NCBI GenBank assembly: GCA_023249225.1 | Contig: JAHFDA010000007.1 | Span: 1,169 to 65,168 of the forward strand | Direction: 5' to 3' | Length of the DNA stretch: 64,000 nt | Source of the DNA: a bacterium | GTDB lineage: Bacteria; Margulisbacteria; Marinamargulisbacteria; JAHFDA01 | In this document: positions 27,843-37,658 of the stretch, piece after piece | Position numbering within the stretch: position 1 is the stretch's first letter | How the letters are laid out: the number at the start of each line of letters is the position of its first letter | Position numbers and translations under genes: made by a program | The notes under the pieces: generated by a model | The model's database searches: none | Seen by the model: only the letters and a program-made list of their open reading frames with translations | What the model was told of the DNA's origin: nothing

Positions 27843-29516
27843 TTATTCAATTTGCTTGTAACTCATAAAAAAATCCAGTGGCTTTGACAAGCCCTGATAA
27901 ACCATCCACGGCCCTACGGTGTGACTTTGATGCCGAATCTTTTGCTGCTCCAAGGTTTTGGCAAATGCATTTTGCGCTTTGGATCCAGATTTAAGCACAT
28001 AAGCGACTTGCATGGCGGGTGCGTCCAGCATGGTTTGACAAAGACTTGAATAGTTAAGCAAACGCTTTTCACGATCAAAAGGCACACCCTTTAAGTGTCC
28101 GTGAGATAAAAATTCCAGGGTATACAGCGCAGCGTATTCCACAAACACATAGCGGGCACCACAGTCTTGCAAGTCCGAGGTCAAGTGACTCAGCTCCCAT
28201 TCGCGCGACGTTGAAAATGAGTTAAGCAGACCCTGGGCTGCAACCGTTTGATAGTTGAGTCCTGCCAGATACAAGACCAGGCCCAGGATCAGAACAAGCT
28301 TTTTATTTTGATTTAATCGGGAACAAACAAAATCGAGTCCCACATAAAGGGTGTACGGCAGTACGCTAAGCAGGGGCAACACAAAACGTATGCTGCTGAC
28401 ATCGTGTAGGTTGGGGGTAAACACGTAAACCAACAGGCACATAAAAAAATAAAGCAGCATGAGTTCGTGATCGGTAAACTTTCGACGTTCGAGCGCAACC
28501 GTAGCGCGCCATACCGGCCAGCTTTGATAAATCAGGCGTGTGGCGGCTAGCAGGACTACCCATGTATACAAGATGCCCAAGAGGGCCAAAAGGTCTGGCC
28601 ATCCAACGGCGGCAGGCAAAACAGCAATCGCCTGCACACCCAATAAAAGCGGAAGTATCTGTATGAACAAAAGGCTAAGATTTCCCAATAAACCAAGTGG
28701 CCCCACCAGGCACCAGGGCGCCGCTGGCGGAAAGTAGCCAGATGCGGGCACAAAGTATGCTAATAATTTTGGACTATATCCAATCAGAAAACTGGCACAT
28801 CCCAGTTGCCACAAGCGCTGGGTAAACACGTTGCGCAGGATGTCACGCAGTCCGTATTGCAGTATTCCCCAAGCCACAAAAAACAATACATAGACAACGG
28901 CGAGGCTATAGGTATAAAACGCCAACCCGCAAAAAAACGCTGCTGCCGCAATCCAGACTGCTTTCAACGGGGTGGGGGTATGCCTCGCTTTAAGGGCCAG
29001 ATAAATTGAAGCCGTGCCTAGCACAGTGACAGTCATGTGGCCCCCAACGGAAAACCAAGCATAATAATGTAGTGCTGGGGTGCCTATGGCCAGTAGTAAC
29101 ATGACGGCCAAACTTAGACCACGCCGACCGGTTAACAAGACCAATGTCTGATAAGCAATGATTAGAAATGCCAGGTACAACACAAAAACAGCTGACTTAT
29201 AGGCCAGCACCGTGGGTCCCAGAACTTTCATAAACAAACCACACCACAGAAGTTCAGTGCTGCCCTGGTATGGGGCGCCAGGCAATATCAGGGGTAAGGG
29301 ATCACCGCCCGACAAGGTATGTAACACCAACGTCGCGTTAAAGGCTTCATCAGCATGAAAATGGTCTAAGGCATGATGCAAGTACGGCACATGAAAAAAC
29401 GTAAATACCAGAGCCAATAGAAGTGCAGAAATCCAAGGTGAGCGTATAAGTCGATTCAATATCATGGCACGGTAACGTACAATTATAAGCCCGATGACCC
29501 AAACCAGGCTTGTCAT
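27843..29516 (-). CDS. GT-C fold membrane glycosyltransferase (ArnT/PMT-like), paralog A
   Basis: About 12 TM segments. First-loop Asp/Glu motif HADEAFN and PGAPYQGSTEL block shared with the paralog at 39063-40718 (DADEAYN, PGAPYQGITEL). The true start may be ATG 29468. Confidence 0.6.
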   Translation of the reverse strand: MTSLVWVIGLIIVRYRAMILNRLIRSPWISALLLALVFTFFHVPYLHHALDHFHADEAFNATLVLHTLSGGDPLPLILPGAPYQGSTELLWCGLFMKVLGPTVLAYKSAVFVLYLAFLIIAYQTLVLLTGRRGLSLAVMLLLAIGTPALHYYAWFSVGGHMTVTVLGTASIYLALKARHTPTPLKAVWIAAAAFFCGLAFYTYSLAVVYVLFFVAWGILQYGLRDILRNVFTQRLWQLGCASFLIGYSPKLLAYFVPASGYFPPAAPWCLVGPLGLLGNLSLLFIQILPLLLGVQAIAVLPAAVGWPDLLALLGILYTWVVLLAATRLIYQSWPVWRATVALERRKFTDHELMLLYFFMCLLVYVFTPNLHDVSSIRFVLPLLSVLPYTLYVGLDFVCSRLNQNKKLVLILGLVLYLAGLNYQTVAAQGLLNSFSTSREWELSHLTSDLQDCGARYVFVEYAALYTLEFLSHGHLKGVPFDREKRLLNYSSLCQTMLDAPAMQVAYVLKSGSKAQNAFAKTLEQQKIRHQSHTVGPWMVYQGLSKPLDFFMSYKQIE

Positions 29517-30261
29517 TTTAAGTGTTGTGCTGGCATTCGTCCTTGGGTACGCATGGGTTCATGCCAGGGTCCGTTATCCTCAAAATATTGCTCCGGCAGT
29601 TATTGACTTACAGTTTCAGGCCGCCAGCCGCAGCCAGTCTGTAGCCGATTATTTTATTTTGGGTTCGTATTATCTGGTCAACAACCAGCCCATCACCGCT
29701 ATTAAGACGTTACAGAAACTTTCGGGCACTTCCTTCGAAGAGCTTAACAGGCAACTGGAGCCTGTGCTGCTAGAAGATATCCGCCAAAACCCCAGCCAAT
29801 GGCTGCCGTATTTTCAACAAGTGCTACTGGCCCTGCTGGCACAAAAGTATGCCGACGCGCTGGTGCAAGCGCAAGCAAGCGCACCACGCTTTCAAAATAT
29901 TGAATGGTTTGAAATCGCCATCGCATTTTGCGAAGCCAAATTCAATCACATGCCGCAAGCATTTGATCACATTCAACGCGCCATGAAAATTCAGCCCCAC
30001 AATACCTTGGCCAAGGTGCTGTATACCCTGGCGTTATGGACCGATGGCCAAAAGGGCCCTGCTTTCATGGCGCTGGGCTCATTTTTATTCAGTCTGCGTT
30101 TTTCAGAAATCAGCTACATCATTCTGCAGATGGTCGATCAGGGCCTAAAAACCGCCCCGATGTATATTCAGTTAGGGGTCTTTCTGTTTTATTATTGGGT
30201 ACTGACCAAACTCTTTAACCTCAAGGGCAGCGGGTCTAGGTTGCGGAACTTGTGGGCGTAG
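29494..30261 (+). CDS. TPR-like small membrane protein, paralog of the 40789-41520 gene
   Basis: N- and C-terminal hydrophobic segments with a helical-repeat middle. Aligns with the 40789 gene (AIKTL/AIKNL; ...KVLYTLALWTDGQKGPAF / VLLAIAYWELGDKALAL). Confidence 0.45.
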   Translation: MTQTRLVILSVVLAFVLGYAWVHARVRYPQNIAPAVIDLQFQAASRSQSVADYFILGSYYLVNNQPITAIKTLQKLSGTSFEELNRQLEPVLLEDIRQNPSQWLPYFQQVLLALLAQKYADALVQAQASAPRFQNIEWFEIAIAFCEAKFNHMPQAFDHIQRAMKIQPHNTLAKVLYTLALWTDGQKGPAFMALGSFLFSLRFSEISYIILQMVDQGLKTAPMYIQLGVFLFYYWVLTKLFNLKGSGSRLRNLWA

Positions 30262-30277
30262 CCGCACGCTAACCCGG

Positions 30278-31615
30278 ATGATTCAAAAATCTTTTCAGCC
30301 TAAAAAACTCCTGGCGATCCGTACCGACCACCTGGGCGACCTGCTCCTGACGCTACCGGCCCTTAATCTTTTTAAAGAACGAACCCCCACCTGCGAATTA
30401 CACATGGTTGCGTCAGAGTCTTATGCGGCAGTGCTGCGCCATCTTTCGTGGTTAAAGCAGGTGTGGATTCCATCTGAAGTGGATGAGGCTTTTTTGAGGC
30501 AGGGTTTTGACAGCTACCTGGCGTTTTGGGAACAGGAACCGCTCAATCAAAATTCGCTGATTCAAAAGATACCCTTCCGTGCCGGGTACCGCCGCGGGTG
30601 GCAACGCAGCTATCTCAACCTGGCCTTGCCCCATCAACATATTCGCGCTTCGTATCGGCCGCAGGTGCTGCAAAACTTGGATCTGCTTGCGATGCTAGGT
30701 TTTAAAGCCACGCTGGAGGAACTTCCGCTGATCACGCTGGATCATTCAAAGGCAGGGACGGCTGGCTGGCGCATCGGAATCTGCATTGATACGGCGGGGT
30801 CAGACCGGCGCTACGCTTTGGCGCACATCAACATGTTGACGCAAGACATCTTGAAGAAGTGGCCACAGTCTACAGTGGTCTTGCTGGGCACAGGTCGATC
30901 CACTTCACAGGCTGAAGAACTGATACGTGCGATAGGGCCCTTGGCGTTGCGGGTTGAGAATCTTGTAGGTAAAACCACGGTCGAAGAACTCCTGGCATTA
31001 TGCAAGACCTTGCGCATTTTGGTGGTTGGCAATACCGGGCCGGCGCACTTGGCAGCCGCTTTGGATATTCCGCAGGTCACGCTGTTTATTGCCCAGGCGC
31101 CGTCACTGACGCGTTGGGGGCCCTGGTCGCTCAAGGCACGTATCCTTAAGCGGTCTCCGGCCTGCGATTTTGTCTGTCGTCCGCCCGAGTGTGACCAGGG
31201 GGCCCGCATTTGTGAACTAGACATTCACCCCGCGCAGGTGCTGGACGCCATTGCAGCAGTGCTGGCACAAGCCCAGCAGGTCAATTCTATGCGTGAACAG
31301 CTTACGCAATTTGCCAAACAAGGCATTGCCATTGCAAGTTCCCAGACTCAAGTGGTCGAAACCTTGCGCGCGCGTGGCTGGCAGGCGCATCTTATTCCTA
31401 AAAGCAAAGACGCTGCCGAGCGGCTGCGCTTTTTAAAAGCGCGCCAGACGCTGGTCTGTGTGGACAGCGGACCTTTGCTGCGCTGGATCGAACGCCTGCG
31501 CCTGTCGAATCATGTGGGGGTGTTGCCGTTGTATGATTCATTTAAGGGTGACTGGGATGTGCAACATTTCGAGGGCTGCCTGTACAGATACTTTGGCATG
31601 GAAGAACTGGCGTAA
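30278..31615 (+). CDS. GT9 glycosyltransferase (heptosyltransferase-like) paralog 2 with Cys4 motif and C-terminal extension
   Basis: IRTDHLGDLLLTLPALNLFKE, WGPW, CDFVCRPPECDQGARIC, then ~110 extra residues. Confidence 0.75.
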   Translation: MIQKSFQPKKLLAIRTDHLGDLLLTLPALNLFKERTPTCELHMVASESYAAVLRHLSWLKQVWIPSEVDEAFLRQGFDSYLAFWEQEPLNQNSLIQKIPFRAGYRRGWQRSYLNLALPHQHIRASYRPQVLQNLDLLAMLGFKATLEELPLITLDHSKAGTAGWRIGICIDTAGSDRRYALAHINMLTQDILKKWPQSTVVLLGTGRSTSQAEELIRAIGPLALRVENLVGKTTVEELLALCKTLRILVVGNTGPAHLAAALDIPQVTLFIAQAPSLTRWGPWSLKARILKRSPACDFVCRPPECDQGARICELDIHPAQVLDAIAAVLAQAQQVNSMREQLTQFAKQGIAIASSQTQVVETLRARGWQAHLIPKSKDAAERLRFLKARQTLVCVDSGPLLRWIERLRLSNHVGVLPLYDSFKGDWDVQHFEGCLYRYFGMEELA

Positions 31616-31659
31616 AAAATAAAGAATGGTTGGGGAACATGCATGAAAATCTGGGACTG

Positions 31660-31778
31660 CCGAAAAAGTCTCTTTTACGTCATCCCGGCGAAAGCCGGGA
31701 TCCCATCGTTGGAGTTCTTAGCCTGGGATTCCGGCTTTCGCCGGAATGACACGTCGCAGGAAACAGACGTTTTCGGCG
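31660..31778. repeat. MITE-like palindromic repeat, copy B (long form)
   Basis: Terminal inverted repeats CCGAAAAAGTCTCTTTTACG ... CGCAGGAAACAGACGTTTTCGG enclose two inverted units, GTCATCCCGGCGAAAGCCGGGATCCC and GGGATTCCGGCTTTCGCCGGAATGAC, separated by ~20 nt. Confidence 0.6.
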
Positions 31779-31851
31779 CTCCCAATCTGCCTGCAACGCG
31801 CCGACAGCCCCGGTTTCATAGGTGTGAATATTCCGGGGTAGAATACTGCCA

Positions 31852-32379
31852 ATGATCAAACGTACCGGATTGCTTCCTGCAGAAATAATTGAAAGCAAAA
31901 TTTTTTTGATTCGCAGTCAAAAAGTCATGATGGATCGGGATTTGGCGGCGCTTTATGGCGTAACAACCTTTAATTTGAACAAGGCGATTAAGCGGAATTC
32001 GAGACGTTTCCCGGATGATTTTATGTTTAAACTGACGTTCAAAGAATACCAGTCTTTAAGATTCCAAACTGGAATCTTAAAGCGGGGACAACACAGCAAA
32101 TACCTGCCGAATGTTTTCACTGAACAGGGTGTTGCCATGCTTTCCAGCGTCCTTCATAGTACGCGTGCCATTCGGGTCAATATTCAAATCATGCGTACCT
32201 TTACCAAACTTCGTAAAATGCTGGAGACGCACAAAGATCTTCGGATCCAAATTGAAGCGCTTGAACGCAAGTACGCCAAACATGACCATCAAATTCAACA
32301 GGTTTTTCATGCCATCAAACTTTTGCTGGCGGAAAAACGCGATCATAAGCCCAAAGCCATTGGATTCATTCGTGGCTGA
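31852..32379 (+). CDS. ORF6N (KilA-N-like) domain DNA-binding protein, paralog 2
   Basis: IFLIRSQKVMMDRDLAALYGVTTFNLNKAIKRNSRRFPDDFMFKL...FTEQGVAMLSSVLHSTRAIRVNIQIMRTF. It is 12 nt upstream of GT9 paralog 3, so probably co-transcribed. Confidence 0.65.
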   Translation: MIKRTGLLPAEIIESKIFLIRSQKVMMDRDLAALYGVTTFNLNKAIKRNSRRFPDDFMFKLTFKEYQSLRFQTGILKRGQHSKYLPNVFTEQGVAMLSSVLHSTRAIRVNIQIMRTFTKLRKMLETHKDLRIQIEALERKYAKHDHQIQQVFHAIKLLLAEKRDHKPKAIGFIRG

Positions 32380-32391
32380 ACTGCCGTTTTC

Positions 32392-33804
32392 ATGAAAATC
32401 TGTCTGCAACGCGCCGATAACCTGGGCGATTGCATACCTGGGATGTCGTTGATCCCGTGGGTGCGCAAGGCTTTTCGCGATGCTGAAATTCAAATCATGG
32501 TGGCCGAAAAACTGGCACCCTTGTTTACGGGCTGGGCCGAAGTGGATACGGTTATTCCAATTCCGCAGCGCGCCAATTTTGAAGACATTGATGTGGCAGC
32601 CTGCAAAGACGCGCTTAAAAAACACCGGCCAGATGTCTTTGTTTCGTTGTGGGAGAAGCATGGTTTTGTACGCGCTGCCAAAGAGGCCGGTATACCCAAA
32701 ATTGTGGCAGACATTCAGGGCGACCCGCACAACTGGCGCTATGCAACTGTGCCGGTCAAGCGGCCGTGGCACGATATCACCCGCCATCAGGTGGAGTGGA
32801 ACCTGGATCTGTTGAGGCCGATTGGTGTGGATATTCCCTTGGAACGCATCGAACTTAGTTGCCCGGTTAACGCCGAGGCCGAGCGTTACGCGGCGTCTTT
32901 TTTAGACAAGCACAAATTGCAATACTCCCGCTTTGCGGTGATCTCTTTTGGTAGCACGGGCCGGAACAAGCTGCCCGAAGCCTGGCCCCCGGCTTGCGTG
33001 GCGGCCTTTATCGACTGGCTTTATAAGGAACGTGACATGCAAGCGGTGCTGTGTGGTGCGCTGGACCAGCAACCCTATTATGCCGCCATCCGCAGTCAGT
33101 GCCAGTGTCCTCCCATCGATGCGGTCGGAAACGGTTACGTGGCCATGGCCGGGCTTATGAAATATGCGGCCTGTTACGTGGGAGGCGATACAGGTCTGGT
33201 GCAAATGGCGGCGGCATTTAAAAAACCTTGTCTGGTGCTGTATCCCACCAAGCTGGCAAACCCCATGCGTTGGGGGCCCTGGGGCACCCGGCAGCGTATC
33301 ATCTGCCGACCCTACCGGTGCGACCGGGTATGCAACACCGTGACCTGTCCAGATTGGCAATGCAGCAAGGATATATCGCTGTCTGAAGCGGTGCGGGGCT
33401 TTGAAGATTTGATGTCTGAAAATATGGTGCCTAAAGTCTCGCAACTTAAACGGTATTGGGCCAGCAAGGTGTTGCGGCCGCTTTTGCTGGGTTCGGTCGA
33501 AGAACATTTAACCCAAGCCCTGGCGCGGTCAGAAATGTTTTATGGAAAAACGGAATGGCCGCGTGGCCTGGGGCTTGAATTCTGGGCGCTGCGCCAACAG
33601 ATGATACGTGACAACCTGTGGGTGTTGCATGTTCCGCAGCCGTTGCATACGTTTAAGGCCAGGGGCTTACAGATTCTGGCAAGCAAGGGTCTGCCGCTTA
33701 AGCCGTTGCTGGTGCTGGGACATGCCGATGTCGAAGATCTGCTTGATCTCTATATCCAGGGTTTTTCCCAGCCCGAGAGGGTGCTGCATGCTCAAGCCAA
33801 TTAA
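32392..33804 (+). CDS. GT9 glycosyltransferase (heptosyltransferase-like) paralog 3 with Cys4 motif and C-terminal extension
   Basis: QRADNLGDCIPGMSLIPWVRKA, FGSTGRNKLPEAWP, WGPW, CRPYRCDRVCNTVTCPDWQC, then a ~140-aa tail. Confidence 0.7.
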   Translation: MKICLQRADNLGDCIPGMSLIPWVRKAFRDAEIQIMVAEKLAPLFTGWAEVDTVIPIPQRANFEDIDVAACKDALKKHRPDVFVSLWEKHGFVRAAKEAGIPKIVADIQGDPHNWRYATVPVKRPWHDITRHQVEWNLDLLRPIGVDIPLERIELSCPVNAEAERYAASFLDKHKLQYSRFAVISFGSTGRNKLPEAWPPACVAAFIDWLYKERDMQAVLCGALDQQPYYAAIRSQCQCPPIDAVGNGYVAMAGLMKYAACYVGGDTGLVQMAAAFKKPCLVLYPTKLANPMRWGPWGTRQRIICRPYRCDRVCNTVTCPDWQCSKDISLSEAVRGFEDLMSENMVPKVSQLKRYWASKVLRPLLLGSVEEHLTQALARSEMFYGKTEWPRGLGLEFWALRQQMIRDNLWVLHVPQPLHTFKARGLQILASKGLPLKPLLVLGHADVEDLLDLYIQGFSQPERVLHAQAN

Positions 33805-35365
33805 ACGCATTTTAATGGGCAAAGGCTTATATCAGTATGTGCCACCCCCCCGGCGGCTTTTGTGCATCCGGCCTGATGACATGGGCGATGTGGTGTGGAT
33901 GACGCCGACCCTGGCGGCCATTAAAGCGCGTTTTCCGCAGTGTCACATTACCGTATTGTGCAGCACGCAGATGGCGCCTTTGCTATTGCAACATCCCTGT
34001 GTTGACGATGTGGTCGAAGATGTATGGTGGCAGCGCACGGCCCTTTTTAGTCGGCCTTTTTGGCAGGGAGTCAATTTTTTTAAGCTCAAGCAGTGGGATG
34101 CGGTGCTGCACTTTTTATATGATCCCTTGTTTGCATGGATGGCTTTTTGTGCCGGTATCCCCTACCGGGTGGGGGATCGCAGCAAATTTTTGATGCGTTC
34201 CTTATGCAATGTGAATGTGACACAAGTGTGGGGTGATCCTGGGGCGCATGCGGTGGAATTGAATTTGCAGCTGATCAGGCCGCTGGGAATTAAAATGGAA
34301 CTGGAGAAGCTGCCCAGGTTGCATGTGCCGGTCGACACGCAGTGTGAAAAATGGTTTTCCGAACTGTTAAAGCATCAAACTCCAGAATCTGGGGGCAAGG
34401 TCATTGTGATGGCCATTGGATCGGGTGGTGGCAACAAGGCCTGGACGCCGCAAGGTTTTGCACAAGCCATTCGACTTTTGTTGCAGCGCGGAAAATACCG
34501 TGTGGTGCTGGTGGGCGGTCAGGGCGAACGTCAGGCCGCTAACAAGATCATGGCGGCGTTGGAAGACAATCGAATTGGCGCCGACTCTCCAACTCTCCGA
34601 CTCTCCGACTCGATCACAGACTTGGTTGGCAATACAACTTTGATGCAGCTCGTATCCGTGATCCGCAGCGCCGATGTTTTTGTGGGTGTTGACTCGGGTC
34701 CGTTACACATGGCCGCCGCGCTCGGACGTCCGACGCTGGCTTTGTTTCCAACCAAATACATTAAACCGCTGCGCTCGGGGCCTTGGGGCACGCGCCATTT
34801 GATTTTGCGCGAGTCACAGGTCTGTCCACTTGCGTGTTTTCCGCGCAGCTGCCCCGAGTCAATATGCCTCGATGCGATAACGCCCGATCAGGTGATGACC
34901 GGGGTGGAAAAACTGCTGTCGGGTGCCGGATACGTGCTGCCCGAAGCGCAAAGTCAGTGGTTTACGCGTTCGATGTCGCTTTTATTTATCGCGCCACCGC
35001 TGTGGTCTGATCGCTTGATCAGCGTGCTTGAAATGCTTATCGGGATGCATGTGCCGTGCGTGGTGGTGAGCGCAAACACTCACACGCTACCCAAGTTACT
35101 CACGCAGCTGCTGGTCTATCAACCCACCCGGTATCCACAGCTTTTCTTGCGCTGGCTGGTGTTGCACAATGTCACCGTGGTACATGATGTGCGCGAAGCA
35201 AGTGCCCGCAACCCTCTTTCGGCGTTTTTCCTGGCAGGAATGGCCAGAGGGGCTGCGTTTAAACTTTCGGTGCTGCCCCTTGTGATGCATGCTGCGGATA
35301 TTCCCTCTGATGCGCACACTCTGCTTAAGCAGTACCGGGCTGCTTTCGGCCGTCGGAGTTACTGA
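33788..35365 (+). CDS. GT9 glycosyltransferase (heptosyltransferase-like) paralog 4 with Cys4 motif and C-terminal extension
   Basis: ATG at 33788 (MLKPIKR...) overlaps the upstream stop by 17 nt. IRPDDMGDVVWMTPTLAAIKARFP, GSGGGNKAWTPQGF, SGPWG, CPLACFPRSCPESIC, then a ~170-aa tail. Confidence 0.7.
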   Translation: MLKPIKRILMGKGLYQYVPPPRRLLCIRPDDMGDVVWMTPTLAAIKARFPQCHITVLCSTQMAPLLLQHPCVDDVVEDVWWQRTALFSRPFWQGVNFFKLKQWDAVLHFLYDPLFAWMAFCAGIPYRVGDRSKFLMRSLCNVNVTQVWGDPGAHAVELNLQLIRPLGIKMELEKLPRLHVPVDTQCEKWFSELLKHQTPESGGKVIVMAIGSGGGNKAWTPQGFAQAIRLLLQRGKYRVVLVGGQGERQAANKIMAALEDNRIGADSPTLRLSDSITDLVGNTTLMQLVSVIRSADVFVGVDSGPLHMAAALGRPTLALFPTKYIKPLRSGPWGTRHLILRESQVCPLACFPRSCPESICLDAITPDQVMTGVEKLLSGAGYVLPEAQSQWFTRSMSLLFIAPPLWSDRLISVLEMLIGMHVPCVVVSANTHTLPKLLTQLLVYQPTRYPQLFLRWLVLHNVTVVHDVREASARNPLSAFFLAGMARGAAFKLSVLPLVMHAADIPSDAHTLLKQYRAAFGRRSY

Positions 35366-36783
35366 TGCGCGAACCCAAAAATGTGGTGATCATCCGTTCA
35401 GATGCCATCGGGGATTGGCTGGTAACAACGCCGGTGGTGGCAGCACTCAAGCAGGCTTTTCCAGCCCTGCGGCTGACAATGGTGGGCGGTTCGCTTAACT
35501 GGAAATTGATGCGTGAACATCCACTGGTCGATGATGTCATTGTCTGGCATGAGCACATGGACGTTGCTGCCAAGACCCGACAACTGGCAACTTACGGCTT
35601 TGACCTGGCGTTGATTTATCATCAAACTCTGGCGCACACGCTGGCATGCCAGCGGGCGGGCATTCCAGTCCGCATGGGCGACAGCGCACGCATCCCAAGC
35701 GGGCGTTACCTGACTGAACATACGCCCGTGATCAACGCGGATCAATCGCGCCATGTGGTTGAGGCCAACATGGGTGTGCTTGCGCCGATGGGTCTTTCAA
35801 CGCTGCGCCTGCCGATGTCGGCCGGCATCAATCCTGTGGCCAGGGAAAACATTCAGGCCAGATTGCTCTCCCAGGGATGGACGCCTCAACAGCCTTTGGT
35901 CGGTATCCACCTTAACCCCGGGGGCGCCAACCGCAGCTGGCCAGCAGAACGCATGGCGCAGACGATGAAACTGATTCATGAAAAACATACTGAATGGTTC
36001 TTTGTACTTACGGGCACCGAACTGGCTTGCGGGATGCGGGATCAGGTGTTGAGAATCAAGTCGGACTCCATTTTTGATCTTGTCGGCCAGACCAGTCTTT
36101 CTGAACTCTCTGCCCTAAGCTCACTTTACAGTTTGTTTGTCGGGGTCGACAGTGGCCCCTACCACTTGGCGGTCGCGCACGGCGTGCCCACGGTGGAAAT
36201 TGCGCCCACCAAAGCCGTGCGCCCCATCCGTTGGGGTCCGTGGCTGGTGCCAAACGTGGTACTGCGCAGCCCGATCCGTTGCGCGCTCTATTGCGATCAC
36301 CAGCGCTGTCCGGTAGATGATTGCCTTAACGCCATCACGCCCGAGAGCGTGGCCCAGGCGGCGGACAGTTTGCTCGCCGGCGGCGGCAACCGCACTTACG
36401 AAGATTCCAAAAAAGATTGGTTTAAAAAATCGCAGAGCATTGTGCTGATTGATTCGGGTCTACGTACGCAGGATGTCGAACGGGCCCGCCAGGTGCTGTC
36501 ACAGGATCCTGATATCCGCGTGGTGGTATGGCCGTTTTCAATCAAGCAAGCCTGGCGCTTGGCGGCACTGGCCCGCCGTATCCAGGCCGACGACGTCACC
36601 ACCTGGATACTCGATGATCCTTACTGGCTGCCGTATTTTAAGGCGGCGCACTTATATGCGCCGCTTAAGGTTTTTGTGCCGCCCTTACTGGTGATGTTGC
36701 CGTCTTATGTGCATGCCACATCGGGGGCCTGGGTAGACTGGTTGATGGCCGAGAACAGCAAGTTGGGGCAGACCCTGCGATGA
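35365..36783 (+). CDS. GT9 glycosyltransferase (heptosyltransferase-like) paralog 5 with Cys4 motif and C-terminal extension
   Basis: ATGA start/stop overlap with paralog 4. IRSDAIGDWLVTTPVVAALKQAFP, NPGGANRSWP, WGPW, CALYCDHQRCPVDDC, then a ~150-aa tail. Confidence 0.75.
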   Translation: MREPKNVVIIRSDAIGDWLVTTPVVAALKQAFPALRLTMVGGSLNWKLMREHPLVDDVIVWHEHMDVAAKTRQLATYGFDLALIYHQTLAHTLACQRAGIPVRMGDSARIPSGRYLTEHTPVINADQSRHVVEANMGVLAPMGLSTLRLPMSAGINPVARENIQARLLSQGWTPQQPLVGIHLNPGGANRSWPAERMAQTMKLIHEKHTEWFFVLTGTELACGMRDQVLRIKSDSIFDLVGQTSLSELSALSSLYSLFVGVDSGPYHLAVAHGVPTVEIAPTKAVRPIRWGPWLVPNVVLRSPIRCALYCDHQRCPVDDCLNAITPESVAQAADSLLAGGGNRTYEDSKKDWFKKSQSIVLIDSGLRTQDVERARQVLSQDPDIRVVVWPFSIKQAWRLAALARRIQADDVTTWILDDPYWLPYFKAAHLYAPLKVFVPPLLVMLPSYVHATSGAWVDWLMAENSKLGQTLR

Positions 36784-37658
36784 GCCAGATGGAACGCATT
36801 GGCGTTGCCCTGCGCAGTTATAACCGCATTGAAGACGCGGTGATTCAGGTGAAGTATCTTTGGAAACATTTTAAGGCTTATCCGTATTATGTGGTGGTCG
36901 TCACCAACGGAGATGCCCAGGGTCATGTGTACCCCGCCGGTCAGGGCGAAGATGCGGTGCTGCGGCTGGACAAAGGTAACCCGGGCCACTTGTGTGGTGA
37001 CAACGACATGTTTAAAGCCAGTATCGAGCATTTGCATGCGCAGGGCATTCGGTATGCGCTGTGCCTTACCAGCGACACATGGTTGCTTAACGAGCAACTG
37101 TTAAAAAAGTATCTACCACGCTTAATTGCCGGACGTCATCAGTGGATTTCGGCGCAATGGGATACGCCTCCAGAGGTCGCTTTAGACTTGATGCTGGTGG
37201 ATGTGAAATTTGTACTTGAACACCAGTTATTTTGGGCCGATTGGTCACCAGAAATTCTGATCTATCAGCGTCTCGAAGCTCTGGTAAGTCCAGAATACCC
37301 GCGTCCTTACGGAAGGATACGCGAAATTTTTCCGATCCAGTACCCGCGCCATCTGTGGCGGCCGGGCTTTGATCCGTCAGGCTCGTATCACGCGCTGGGA
37401 CGGCCGTTTTATTTTCCACGTGCGGCCGTGGTGACGCATCATGCTGAACTATTGCCAGACGGGATGACCTCCAAAAAGCGTTATGCCAACGAGTGTGTGG
37501 GACGCGAACTGTTTCCAGACGTGGGATATGAGGCCAGGCAGCTTAAGGAAATGCGTCTGCGCCGTTGGTACCGGCGCTGCTATCATGCCATTGACGATGT
37601 ATTGTTTCCGCTTTACCGGCCGTTCTACACGCATCCCCCCAGTCCCAGTCTTTCGTAA
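36780..37658 (+). CDS. hypothetical protein of unrecognised family, last gene of the GT9 operon
   Basis: 292-aa ORF with ATGA overlap to GT9 paralog 5. The N-terminal IGVALRSYNRIED is reminiscent of the first beta-strand of GT-A-type transferases, but there is no clear DxD. Confidence 0.45.
   Translation: MSQMERIGVALRSYNRIEDAVIQVKYLWKHFKAYPYYVVVVTNGDAQGHVYPAGQGEDAVLRLDKGNPGHLCGDNDMFKASIEHLHAQGIRYALCLTSDTWLLNEQLLKKYLPRLIAGRHQWISAQWDTPPEVALDLMLVDVKFVLEHQLFWADWSPEILIYQRLEALVSPEYPRPYGRIREIFPIQYPRHLWRPGFDPSGSYHALGRPFYFPRAAVVTHHAELLPDGMTSKKRYANECVGRELFPDVGYEARQLKEMRLRRWYRRCYHAIDDVLFPLYRPFYTHPPSPSLS

Noticed and set aside
31643-31898. Small ORFs 31643-31855 (+) and 31680-31898 (-) (VIPAKAGI..., HSGESRNP... 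peptides)
   Set aside because: They are translations of MITE-like repeat copy B on both strands, not genes.
32077-32787. 236-aa minus-strand ORF
   Set aside because: It spans the boundary of ORF6N paralog 2 and GT9 paralog 3 on the opposite strand. Both sense genes have strong family signatures, and the antisense ORF has none.
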